Origin: Psammoneis japonica
Lineage: Eukaryota
Reading direction: 5' to 3'
Assembly (NCBI GenBank): GCA_008632985.1
Contig: QPGO01000117.1
Coordinates: 1 to 64,000, forward strand
Length of the DNA stretch: 64,000 nt
In this document: positions 11,210 through 23,070 of the stretch, piece after piece
How positions within the stretch are numbered: the first letter of the stretch is position 1
Layout of the letters: the number at the start of each line of letters is the position of its first letter
Program-made: the position numbers and the translations under genes
Notes under the pieces: model-generated
Database searches by the model: none
Told to the model about the DNA's origin: nothing
What the model saw: the letters and a program-made list of their open reading frames with translations, nothing else

Positions 11210-14200
11210 CTACTGAAACAAATGTAGATGCATGCGATAGAGATCTCCGCTTTTTACCGTGACCGGGATGACGCCAGACACCTCTTCATCCGCCGAGGCA
11301 GGAACACTGATTCTGCCGACGAGATTGGATCCCGCCTTGCTTGTAGTATGACGTGGAGCCGACTGGTGGTTGTACAACCACCGCGTGGCGGACGCAGTAG
11401 CTTGCTCGAGTCGTTTCTCGGCGGCTGTCGGCTTTGCCAAGGATTCTTGAAGCAACGCTCTGGAATTTGTCTTGTCGGAACGAGCTTGTTTCAAATCCAC
11501 AATCGACACGGACGCCTTGGCGAGACGAGAATAGCATCGTGGCGGCTGACAATTGCTGGAGACAGTGAAAACCGTCATCTTCGGGATCTTGCGTTTTCTC
11601 GTCTTCGCTTGTCGTTACACCAGGAAGAGGTGGAAGAGACATTAGCGTAGAAACAAAGGCTTGCGACTTGTATGCCGCAGCCTCGCGTCGTGCCGACTGC
11701 AGAGCGGGACGATACAAGGCTGTTTCCATTGCGGCAACACTAGCCGTGGACGCTGCGTCGACCGGAGGCTGCAAATCAAAACGTCCACGTCTCGAGTCGG
11801 TCGAGTACTCTGTAATGGCACTCACGCTGCGTTTGCCCATGTACGAGTTGCGTCTGCCACCTTTTTGTGGAGACTTTGAGTCTTTGAAAGACCGAATCTC
11901 TTGTTCATACTCGTCAACTTGACGTTGGAGCACGTCCATGGCCTCGGTGAGCTGTTGCAACAGACAAAGAATCGGCAATGAGAACTAAACGAAGAGGACG
12001 TTAATGAGAAAACGACTTGATCCAAGATGATCAGACTTACCACTCGATTCTCTTCCTTGACACTATTTAACTCCTCTGTAGACACCTGTTCTACGGATTT
12101 CTTCACTGGAGAAGAACCCTTTCGTGCCAAGAGCTTTTCCAGTTCCGACAGCCTTGCGTTCTGAATTGCAATTTCCTTCGACCGCGACGCCAAGCTCTGC
12201 GGGGCAAGACACAACATAGAGAATAAGCGTTGAATACAAGGATCTGGAGTATAGACAAAAGCAAAGCAAAAGGACTATACGCACCTTCTCCAAGCTGGAA
12301 ACCTTGGCATTTGCCAGATTGAGCTTGGGCTCATTGGCGACTGCATCGGACAGTTGCTGTTCAATGGTTCTAGTTCGCACCAAGAAATTGACATCCTCTT
12401 CGTCTCCATTGAGGGATCGTACTGCCCGAGACAGACTAGCAATACCACTCCACGGATCCTCTGCTTCAGGGGACAAGGGATGAAAGGTACTATTGTCCTC
12501 ATTATTGAGGCCGGCAGAACGAAGCGCGGCTGAAGTCTGCACCAACGCCTTCAGCACTTCATCTGCCGCGGACTCACATGTCGCCGCATTCGAGACGGTC
12601 GCACTGTCTTCCGACGACAACATAGCCTCCACACTTGCAAGCAGCTTTGACGAAGCTTCTTTCCACGGAGCTACAGGTTCCGCAACGCTTGCAACAACCT
12701 TTTCGTCGCTCACGTCTAACCTAGCCAAACGGACGCACGCCTTGGAGGCTTCAGAGCACACTTGATCAAGCTTTGACATTAACGAGCCGAGCACAGCCTT
12801 GGCTTCATTCGAAGCGCTCTGTCCCGACTCTTCTGCTGCAACCGCCGATGCAACAGCTGCTCCAGCAGCTAGGCAGGAGAACTTAGACACAGATGCATCT
12901 CTAAATAGCCCCCATCCCGGAGGCTTCCAGGCTACCGGAAGCAAAAGATTTCCGTCCGAATCAATCGCGGTGTTCAAATGTTCCATGGCATTCCGAATGC
13001 TCTGCTCAAACGATCCGAGATTGGTTTGGTGGGGTGAAAGCACGCCCTCTTCCTTGAGCGTTCTTAGCATATCACTCAGGGCAACGTCCACGTCTGAAAT
13101 GGAATGACCAACCAAGGAACCCAATTCCGCCGACGATTGCGGAGTCAAGAGATCTGGCCATTGCCCAGCCGACAAGAGCCTCAACAAATCCGCGGCAATA
13201 TCTGTCGTTGCGAGCGCAAACTTGGATTGGTGAATCATGTTTCCTACCGCCTGTGAAGCATCATCCGACAAGGTCAAAACCGTATTAGGATCAACCTCCA
13301 TGTCCTCGATAGAAAGAGTTTCGCTGGTGCCCATTCGTATCTTTTGCGTAAAGATTGTTGCGATTCCGTCTAAGGATCGCGATGCCTTTTCAACAAGCTT
13401 GGAAAGTAGCAGCTCGCCCTTGACGGACGCCAGTTCTGACGAGACAACACCCTGTGGTAAAAAACTTTCGAGTCGGTCCGACAAGTGACGAAGCACATGG
13501 GCTTCAATACGATCAATCACAGCCTCGGCCTCTCGCTTGCGAATGTTTGCACCGTCGGCAACAAGTTGAGAAGCCCGGGCAAGCGCCTTTTGGGTAGATT
13601 GCAACAAGTCTGATTTTTCTCCTTTTTCGCCCTTTTGTAATTCAAGGAGTGCACTCTTTTCTTGCTTGAGAGTCTCCACCGATGTTCGATAATTGCTGAC
13701 GGTCCGCTGAAAGTCTTCCTCACGGCGTCGTTGCCTACGAGAATAAGAAGTAGTCACAAACAGATTAGACAAAGAGGCTGACAAAACTAAGCCGCAACGA
13801 AATGCACGCGATATCATCCACACTCACAGTCGAATAGCTTCTTCTAAATTCCTCACAATCGTATCCCGTTCTTCCAAGTCTCGCTCGAGCGCCTTGGTTT
13901 CCTCTGCCTGCACTTCTTCCATTTCAGCCGTAATCTCGGAAGCCTGTTCCAACTCACGAATTGTCGTTTGCAGCGCGACATTGTCATCCTCTAAGGCCAT
14001 GACGCGATCGGACAAGTCCTCCACCATGCCTTCTAACGCACTGCCCTGTTCCACCATGTCTTTCAAGTCACTAACTTCTTCTTGTAGTTTAGCACGTTCC
14101 AGTTGCAGCGATTCGACTTGCGCCACAAGCTCGTTACCCGTGGCGGCATCTTTTTCGGCGGCACGCAAGTCACGAGACAAATCCATTTTTTCCATGGCCG

Positions 14201-15650
14201 ATTGTTCTCGTAGTCTGATTAATGCTTCTCGGAGACGGGCATTCTGAATCGACAAGGCTTGCACGGCATCATCGTCATCCGCGTTACCCGTCGACACTGC
14301 TTCAGTAGCAGACGCTGCCGCCGCTTTGCTGTTTTCAAATTCGAGCCGCGCTTCTTCCGCTTCCATTTGTGCCGTTTCTGCATCAATCTTGAGTTCCTCC
14401 ACTAAATCCTGAAGCGCTTCCTTTTCTTGTTGCAGCTCTTCTTTATCCAAGGCCAATTCCTCAATGGTGGTGTCCATTTCGAGTTTCTGTTTTTCCATTT
14501 CTTCCACGATGCGATGGGCCTTTTGCAATTCGGCTTGGAGTTTAGCCTGCTGTTTGTAGTGCTCGTGACTCGACGCTCCTCGAGACGATTCTTGCTGGCG
14601 CATGGCCTGCAATTCCAATTCCAACGCCGAGGCGGATGCTTTGGCTTCGGTAAATTCCGCTGCATCAGCTTTTCGGGCTTGTCGTTCCTGTTCCAAGTCG
14701 CTCTGTAGGGTTTTGGTTTCCTTTTCCAAGGACTGTATTTGATCCTGCAAATCGTTTCGTTCGGATTCAACTCGACTCAATTCACCCTTCGCCGCATTCA
14801 GCGCTTCTCGGGCATCTTCAAGAGTCATCACGGATGAGGATTCTTGTGCTTGCTGTTGTTTCTGAGTTTCCTCTTGTTCTTTGATAGCATCTAGAGCTTG
14901 TTTTGCCGAGTCTGCTTGTGTTTTTGCTTCGTTTGCTTCTTCTTGTGCCGTGGCGAGACTCTGCTTCAAGGAATCGTTCTCTTGAGCTTTGGACTGCAAT
15001 TCTGAAGTAAGACTCTCGACTTGAGTCTCGAGGGATACAATTTTAGATTGAAGAGCTTCGATTTCTTGTTTGGAAGGCCGCAAGGGAGATTTGGAAGTTG
15101 CCGATCGTGTTGGCGTGGTGCTACTAACAGTGGGTCTGGTTGGAGTCGTTCTCGTTGCTGCCGTCCGAGCCGTCATTCTGGAAGCCGCCGCTTCTTCTCG
15201 CCGTCTACGAATTTCGTCTAGTCTCGATCGAGCCGATGATGAGGATGACGGTGACGTCCTTGATGCTGTGGGAGACGTTGCTGCAGCTGTAGGAGATGAC
15301 ACAGCTTTGGGGGCGGGTGAAGACGTTGTCGTTCCACTCTTTGCCAGTTCTCGCTTCAACCGCAGCTCCTCCAACCTCGACAGTGTTCTTTTCTTGATAT
15401 GTGACTTTCGCACAAAAACTCCTCCGTTGGGACCACAAGTAAAGTACTGCTGACCTTGGACTGTGCCGTCGTTCTTGCCCATGCCTACTGATGCACCAGT
15501 GAGCTTGACGCCAACCCAATCCTGACCGTCAGCAAACGAAACCTTACCGAGATAGGCAACGATACCTTCGAGCGGTGCGTGTCCCTCCCCGCGCTCGACA
15601 TGGACCGGGTCATTGACCTTGAGGTCGGTGGTGCGCATAGGAGACGCCAT
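11210..15650 (-). CDS. DCTN1: Dynactin subunit 1 (p150Glued); exons approx. 15650-13828, 13734-12285, 12196-12041, 11951-11210
   Basis: N-terminal CAP-Gly domain (WVGVKL...GKNDGTVQG..YF), Ser/Pro/basic linker, long coiled coil with QNARLREALIRLRE. GT-AG introns. Apparent 1-bp frameshift near 11530. Confidence 0.9.
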
Positions 15651-15919
15651 GGTGAAACGAAAAAAGATTGTGCTGTTGCCAGAAGGTTGTCGCGCGCGGT
15701 TAGTCGGCGGTCATCCTAACAGGGGATCGAGCTCTAAAATACGAGCTCTTTTCGTTTGTTTGGCTGAGTACACGGACATCAACCAGCTTTTTGGATTTGC
15801 AGAGCAATCAACTCCACTCCACCCGTCAGACATGTACAAGGTCTGTTAATTTTATTACGTCATTGTGGCAGCCAAGGTCGGTTGCAGGCCTGGGAGGAGA
15901 GAGAGAAAAAGCACAGGTC

Positions 15920-16096
15920 AGGTGCAAATCATCATGATGCTCTGCATGTTTCTTGTCCTCGCACCACAATGACGAAGCCCTGATGGAAGCCCAACTTTGC
16001 AAGCTTTTCACCTGAAACTGTCAAGAACATCCACTGAAATCAGAAGTTCCATCAAACAGGGTTTTTCTTGTTCCACATTGACACATCTCAAACATG
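15920..16096 (-). pseudogene. Decayed copy of the neutral ceramidase last exon plus 3' UTR
   Basis: GTRKTLFDGTSDFSGCS*QFQVKSL vs GTRKILFGGTSDFSGCSRQFQVRSL at 44761-44850. The stop TAA has become CAA and a CGA has become TGA. Similarity continues into the 3' UTR. Confidence 0.85.
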
Positions 16097-17001
16097 ACTT
16101 TGCAAGGAATGCAGGCAATGGCAAGTTCCTTGTGTCCTTTGCAAGCAGATGATTCCCCAACACATGGCAACTCTGTGCAAAGATTCTTGAGGGTCAATGG
16201 CTTGGTTCTTTGGTCACCTGTGGGCTGGTCTTGGAGTGCTTGCAAGAGCACATGGCAAAGAGCCAGGCACCAATGTGTGTTGCTTGGTTTTGGGGCAAGG
16301 CTCAGAGGAGTGAGGCGGTGATCACTTTCTGCCTGTTGCTTCTGCTTTCCATCTTGATTCTTGTGGCCTCAGCACTGGCAGAGCAAAAGGCGCAAGGTGC
16401 ACCCATCCTCATCCAGTCATGGGTCTTTCCAGTTGTGAGATCCAAAGGTGGGTGCCACATCATCCATGGCAGCTGTGATGCCCCCCCTGCCACCAGTGTT
16501 TCAAATTGTTCAGCCAAGTGTCAGCCTTCCTGCATGGCAGCTGCAAATGCTCTGAGGGTGTGAATCTGATGTTGTTGGGCAATGGTGAGCTTGTCCATGA
16601 ACAGGTGGTCTTTGAGTTCAATTTTGCCAAGAACAACTTTTCCCAGTGGGTGAAAGCTGTGTCTTGCTTGTTCTTGTCAGTCTCTTTGGCATTTGCTTCT
16701 TGATGGGATCCTTTGGTGTCAAGGAGGAGGTTGGTTGGGAAACAACTTCTCTGGGCAGCAGCAAGATGCAAAAATTGTGATGAAGCAAAAGGGCAAGTGT
16801 GTCATCAGACAAGTTGCTGTCTCTCAACAGGCAGTTGCCAACAACATTCATTTTGTCTCCAGGAGCTGTTGGCTGAAGGATTGACTGTTGGCACCCATCA
16901 TGACAGATGCAAACTTGCTGGCAATTTCTGTCTGCTCTGGGTCAGTCTCTTTGTCAAAGTTGGATTTGCACAGCCAGCCCATGGTGGCAGTGCTGTTGTC
17001 C

Positions 17002-17049
<48 letters not shown>
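17002..17049. repeat. Compound (TG)n(AG)n microsatellite
   Basis: Read directly. Confidence 0.95.
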
Positions 17050-17050
<1 letters not shown>

Positions 17051-17599
17051 ACAAGAGAAAGGAGGGAAGTTGCCTTTGATGCAAGTGATCCACACACACA
17101 TGACGCTGGTGATGAATTTCTTGGTGTTGAGGGTGAGACTGTGAACCAGGTGATGGGGGAGCTCCCAACAATGTGCTCAACCCATTTGGACATTGCAGCT
17201 GCCAATGCAGTGTTCTGATGTGCATCCAATCAGCAGACATGGGCGGGTTTGTGGCAAGTGATCAGGCTCAGGTTGATGCCTGGGCATGGATCATGCTGAG
17301 TCAGCACAGATGGCATGAGAAATGGAAAGCATGCAGGACAATGTGTCCAAGATGGTTCAGGCAACCAACAAGCTGTTCAATCTCCTTGAAGGCACATCCT
17401 CCCCTCTTGACAAGTCTTTGGAGTTGCTTGGACCAGGCAATGAGTTTGTGTTTGGGAAGCACAGTGCGTGCATGTCGTTTGTTCGACAGTCAGCCAAGGG
17501 CTGTCCCAAGCACTTCAAGATGGTCTTTGGTGCAGAGCTTCTTCAAACAAGTGAGATCACCCCTGGCAAAATCTTTGTGAGGGTGAGCTGGTTGGCCAA

Positions 17600-18060
17600 T
17601 GTGTGAATTCCCGGAAGTGCTGTTGCTCTTCTCTTCATTCAATGTTGTCGTCAATGTCAGGTGCAGCTGTCACTGTGTTGTCAATGCAGACCTTGACTGT
17701 GCCCATCATGTTGTTTAGAGGAATGTTGACTGGCAAGTTGAGAGCTGGTGTGAATGGCACATCATTGCTTTCAAAGCAGTGAGAAGGAAGGTGATCAAGT
17801 GTGGGGTTGTGGGGGACTGGGTTCCAGGACTTGCATTGAAGGATGTCATTGGACAGACCACACACTGATTTGGAGAGATGTCACCCCACAGATTTGGGTT
17901 CAGCTTGCCTCTGAAGGCAAATCATCTGAGCTGACAATGGATTGCATGGTGCTGTGGCACTTTTCAAGTGGCCTTGGTGACGGGCCAACTTGTGGTCAAT
18001 CTTCTGCAGCCATCTCTTGGCATTTGCGTTGGGCTGTTCCTTGGGTTGCAAATGGGAAAT
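17600..18060 (-). mobile_element. Reverse transcriptase relic of a DIRS/Ngaro-like (YR) retrotransposon
   Basis: Across frames: KIDHKLA..GHL, PNLWGDIS..CGLSNDILQC, and VKVCIDNT..APDIDDN (a mutated YIDD motif). Confidence 0.55.
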
Positions 18061-18181
18061 CCCCAAAAATGACTGATTGTGGTCATTGCATTGACTTCTG
18101 CTCAAACAATGAAGATCACAGACAAGTGCAAAAGCAATTGCATCAAACAGTTTGTGACCCTTTCTTTCAAAATGACTCTTG

Positions 18182-18547
18182 TGCAGTGTGCGACTGTTGT
18201 GTGCACATGTGTGATCATGCGTTATTTGCACGTCAATCGTGCCACAGTCGTGGATGCGTGCGAAGGACAGAACGATCACACAGAGTTGATCGGAAGTCGA
18301 AAATCGCAAATACGATCGATGGACGATGCTGACATCTTATGTGTCAAAAGCAATCGCATTCGGACCATCTGTTGTCACGATTACATTCTCCGAAAGGCCT
18401 TTTGTCTGTAGAAGCAGCACAGAAGCTTTAGGCCATTGAGAACTCGTTCGGAGAAACCAAAATCAAAGAGCAAAATTTAATCTCATAATTTCCACTTTTT
18501 GCACACTGTTCTGCTTTCGTTTGCACTCGTTCTTCGAGCACAGTGCA
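18182..18547 (+). repeat. 5' LTR of the Gypsy element
   Basis: Ungapped match to 22454-22819. Confidence 0.95.
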
Positions 18548-21500
18548 TTGTGCACACACACCACAGAAGGTAAAAAGCACGGAAAATGAAAATTTTAACT
18601 GATGTGCCTTTGTAAATTCTTCTACAAACAGGAGCGAATCGCATCAGTTCTGCTGGAATCGATTTCCGAGCGGAAGAAGCTCAATCCGAGCAGCACCTCA
18701 AGATGGAACGCTGTTTTTCGTCTGCCAAACGAGAGGATTCGCTCTAATGCGGTCTGTTCCAAGCACCCAAGGATCAAGGGCTCTCAAGCACACCGCATTG
18801 TCAAAAAATCTACACCAATTCATGGTTGCAGAGAATGCAAGTTCCGAGTCGATCAGATCCGAGAAACACGTCTGCCATGCAAGGAGAGACTGTTGGAGAG
18901 TTTTTTGAGACCGAATCGATGATCCTCGAGTCCAAGGAGCAAGAGGGAATCGTTGGAAAGTGCCTCAAGCGTCTCACAACTCATGTCCTCTGAGGAAATG
19001 CACTTCAGAATCAGGGAAATTATTTTCGAGACGACCTGAAGAAACCAGAGCCGCTCAACAGCAAAGAAGCCTCTGACAGACCCAAGAGGTCAATGATGAG
19101 AGTCTGCATGACCCTCAGATCGATTCTAAGTCGAATCTAGCGGGAAAACGAGCGCTGAGTTGTCAGCCATCACTCGCACCGCAAGGATGGCAGCATCAGC
19201 CTGCTGTCCAAAATGTTGAACTGCTGGATCACACCCTTGACAAGCTGATTGAGGTTTGAGTCGTCCAGAGGTCGGCAAGGACGTCTGTGACAAAAAAATT
19301 TGTCAACTCAGGCTCTGATGGCGCAGTTGATTCCACAATCAAAAAGGTTCCAATTTTGGTTCCAAAAATGGTCTCCTGTGTGGTGCCAGAACAATCCAAA
19401 GTGAGTGCAAGGTCCAATCTTTCAACAAAGAACACCTGCATCACGGATTCAGGCCATTCTGCAAAAGAACTGGCGAAAGAATGCCGTGGACATGACAAAT
19501 GTGATCCAAAACGGCACAGTTCAAATGGCAATCGCACGCGGTCGCATCGCGATGACGACAATGCCTCTCGCAAAGAAGAGTTGAATGCTGTGGTTGTCCA
19601 AGCAGTTCAAAAAAATGCTCAAAGCGAGTTCTTCACACAAAGATAAAAAGCGCAAGAGCAAAAATTAAGACTCTAAAACGCTTGGCGAACAAAACCATCA
19701 ATTTAGAAAAAATTGACCCAATCGAGTCCGATCAAAAATTTGTGCCGCTCGAGGAGTGTAACGCGTCACAGGACGTCTGGAAACCCAGAAAAAGCATCAC
19801 AGTGTGTCACACGAGTCCTGTTCTCGCTGTCCACATGACTGCTGCTCTGAGAAAAGCAAAAAACAAGCTTCCACGTGTTCTCTCGACAAAGAACATCGTC
19901 AGCCCATGATTTTACGCAAAAATCGTGCGAAAGTTGAGAACCAAAACATCCGCCACCAAAAAACTTGGGAAACCAAGGGTGAGCTCTTTACGACTGACAG
20001 CAAACACCGAATTCAGTTCTCACTGCGCGAATTTAAGACTTGCTGACATTCAAACAGCACATGTCAACAACACCAAATGCCCTTCAAGGTCGAATGATGT
20101 GATCATGGGACGCGACTTAATGTCCAGTCTTGCAATCACACTAGACTGCGCAATTGAAGAAATCAAATGGGAATGAAGCAATTACCCTATGAAGAATGTT
20201 GATGCACTCTTCGACACAAAAATGTTCCAGCTGAATGCCGATCACATTGAAAAATGTCACACAGTGAATGGAGTTAACAACGAGACCGATGGTTCTCGAC
20301 TCACATTGTCACGCCGTCGATTCTAATCAAGTGACAGCTACAGCAATGCATCTAAACCAAAAGAAGATAAACCACTCAGTCTCCTTCTTATGAGGCTTAA
20401 AATCCTTTTGAAAAAGTTCATTGGACAAATGAATGGGAAGAACCAGTGGATCTCACCATGAAAAATCTGACGCGATCACGCGACGTGTGAGAACCTTCTC
20501 CTATCATAGTCTTTGGAGGCGTCCATTTGAAAGGAATTTAACCAATTATGAAAGATTGAAGATTTAAAAATGAAGTTGCGATTCAAACATGGAACACCAC
20601 GATGTAAAATCAAGAAAGCACACGTCGTGCTCACATCAGAATAATGCCGTGGGGGAAAACGAGTGCCATAGACTTCCAATAAGAATCTATAGAGCCCCAG
20701 ATATTTTCATACAACACATGAGCGAACTCATGACAGGTTTAAAGTTGTCAGAACGACCATGAATGAACGTTTGTGCCTGACAGAAAGTAACTTCAAAATG
20801 TCACCTGTACAAGAAAAACTTGAAATGGCATTCATACGACTAGAACAGTCGCTTTGAAGGTTAACAAACAAAAGTCCTTCACTACTTAACTTGAAAAATA
20901 TTATCAAGACTTCCACACGTAACGGCACACATCTGATTACAAAGAAAATGGAGGCGATTCCGGCAATCGCAACATTGAGCAAAACGTAAAGAATATTACG
21001 ACAGCTTGTCGATGTACGTTACTGCTATAAAGACATGTAGTCTCAATGATCTCCTGTACATTTCTAGCCAAATCCACCTCAATAAAGGTCAAACGGCAAA
21101 AGGACAAGTACAGAACGAAAAGTCTCCGAAAATATGGAGCGCATCATATCAAAAACTATGTTATTATCAAACATGGTATTGTAATATTCAAGTCACAACG
21201 GAAAAAGAACTTCTGTCCATAGTGGAAACACTTAATAATTCCCGGAATATACTGTTTGGCCAACAGATTATTATATATACGGTTCATAACACACAACGGA
21301 CATAGTCATGCGTTGACGACTTAAAATAAAAAATTTCAGTCCCGAATTAAAATACATCAAGGACAAGGCGAACGTCGTCGCAAGAGCGATCAGCCGACTT
21401 ACTATAAAAAAATAGAACCTATGGAAAACCTCAGCACAGAAGAGTTAGCTGAAAAGGTCCTACCAAAATCCTACGACAATGTCTTTCCGTTAAATTGCAA

Positions 21501-22453
21501 AGTTCTCGATACTGAACAAAACGGGATAAAGACATTTCCTCCAAATTGTCGGACGCGACATATCATACGAACACTTTTCGTCGAGGCGAGCGAGATCAAA
21601 AATGCTCATGTCATAAGGAAAAAATCGCCTTATTTAGGGACGGTTAAAGAAAAAATCAGTGACAGATTGGTATACATTATACGTACCTACTTCACATTGG
21701 CAAAAGACAATCTCACAGCACCCGTACGATTGTAATGTACGATGTACGAGGCAAGACATAAATAACGTCACACGAGATGTGCCAAAGATTCAGAAACAAA
21801 ACACAAAAATGGACATTATTTATCCGAATAGTGCACAAAAGCAGTGCCTTCGGAATGACGAAATGTCACCGGCATGTCAAAAAGAAACGTCCAAATAACG
21901 ATCAAAATCCAAAGGAAAGATGGTTGAAGTAATAAAGAAATCCATAAAGGAATCCATAACCATCCCAGGATTATCAAGACGAAATGGTTAGAAAATATCC
22001 TTGACCATCGTTAATTACTTACGATGCGTGGAAGTGCAGCAGAGCAATGTGGCACATATAAAGTTAGCCAGCCAGAACTACACGAACTCCACAAGTAAAG
22101 TGAACGCCATAATAATTAAAAGAGCGTACATTAAGTGCTGGGCACAATGCCAGGTACAATCGACATCATGAAAAACACTGCAGGACAATTGGTCCTTGTG
22201 TTCATGTCAACAAAGAACGTCAACGAGAACACTCGACACAATGCTGTGCACACATGCATGTAAAGTGAGAAACAAACGATGTCACTCTCACAAGACATTC
22301 GGAAATTGGAACGGCCCCACATGGCCCACACAAAACGACAACAGTCATCACCAATGGCACAATGCAGTGAACGTGGAGACATTGTTGACACTGTCAATGT
22401 CCGTCGAATGGTCCACTTAACAAATGACTCTAATGTGCAATTGGGGAGGCGAG

Positions 22454-22819
22454 TGCAGCACGCGACTGTTGTGCACATGCATGTGATTGCACATCATTTG
22501 TGTGTCAATCGCGCCACAGTCGTGGATGCGTGCGAAGGACAGAACGATCACACAGAGTTGATCGGAAGTCGAAAATCGCAAGTGCGATCGATGGACGATG
22601 CTGACATCTCATGTGTCAAAAGCAATCGTGTTCGGACTGTCTGTTGTCACGATTGTATTCTCCGAAAGGCCTTTTGTCTGCAGAAGCAGCACAGAAGCTT
22701 TGGGCCATTGAGAACTCGTTCGGAGAAACCAAAATCAAAGAGCAAAATTTAATCTCATAATTTCCACTTTTCGTGCACTGCTCTACTTTCGTTTGCACTC
22801 GTTCTTCGAGCACAGTGCA
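22454..22819 (+). repeat. 3' LTR of the Gypsy element
   Basis: Ungapped match to 18182-18547, preceded by the PPT. Confidence 0.95.
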
Positions 22820-22859
22820 CTTGAATGTGTGGACATTGCATTTGGACACTTTTGCTCAT

Positions 22860-23070
22860 TCTCACTCTGGAGCCAATTTGTCCCACTCTAGAGCTGTTTG
22901 ACTCTAGAGAGAATGTCACACTCTAGAATCTTGGGTTCTAGAATGTCACACTCTAGAACCATTCAATTCTAGAGTGGCACACTCCAGAACTGCTCAACTT
23001 CAGATTGTCCTGTTGTGCAGCCATTTGACTCTAGAATGTCACACTCTAGAACTGCTCAACTCCAGATTGC
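22860..23070. repeat. Minisatellite with TCTAGA every ~15 bp (~30-bp higher-order unit)
   Basis: Repeated tctagaatgtcacactctagaac, with TCCAGA/TCTGGA variants. Confidence 0.8.

Larger units (their letters stand above)
18182..22819 (+). mobile_element. Degenerate Ty3/Gypsy LTR retrotransposon (4.6 kb, internally deleted)
   Basis: 366-bp LTRs (18182-18547, 22454-22819) with TG...CA ends. TSD CTTG. PPT GGGGAGGCGAG (22443-22453). Protease DVIMGRDLM, RNase H TTEKELLSIVETL and YIKDKANVVA.AISRL, then integrase remnants, i.e. PR-RT-RH-INT order. Confidence 0.93.

Noticed and set aside
18548..18570. Self-priming PBS of the Gypsy element complementary to the LTR
   Set aside because: The apparent complementarity consists of TG/CA runs produced by the mutation process, so it is not informative.
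22860..23070. Regularly spaced palindromic repeats as a CRISPR array
   Set aside because: The spacers are only about 9 bp and themselves repetitive, no cas genes are present, and the context is eukaryotic.
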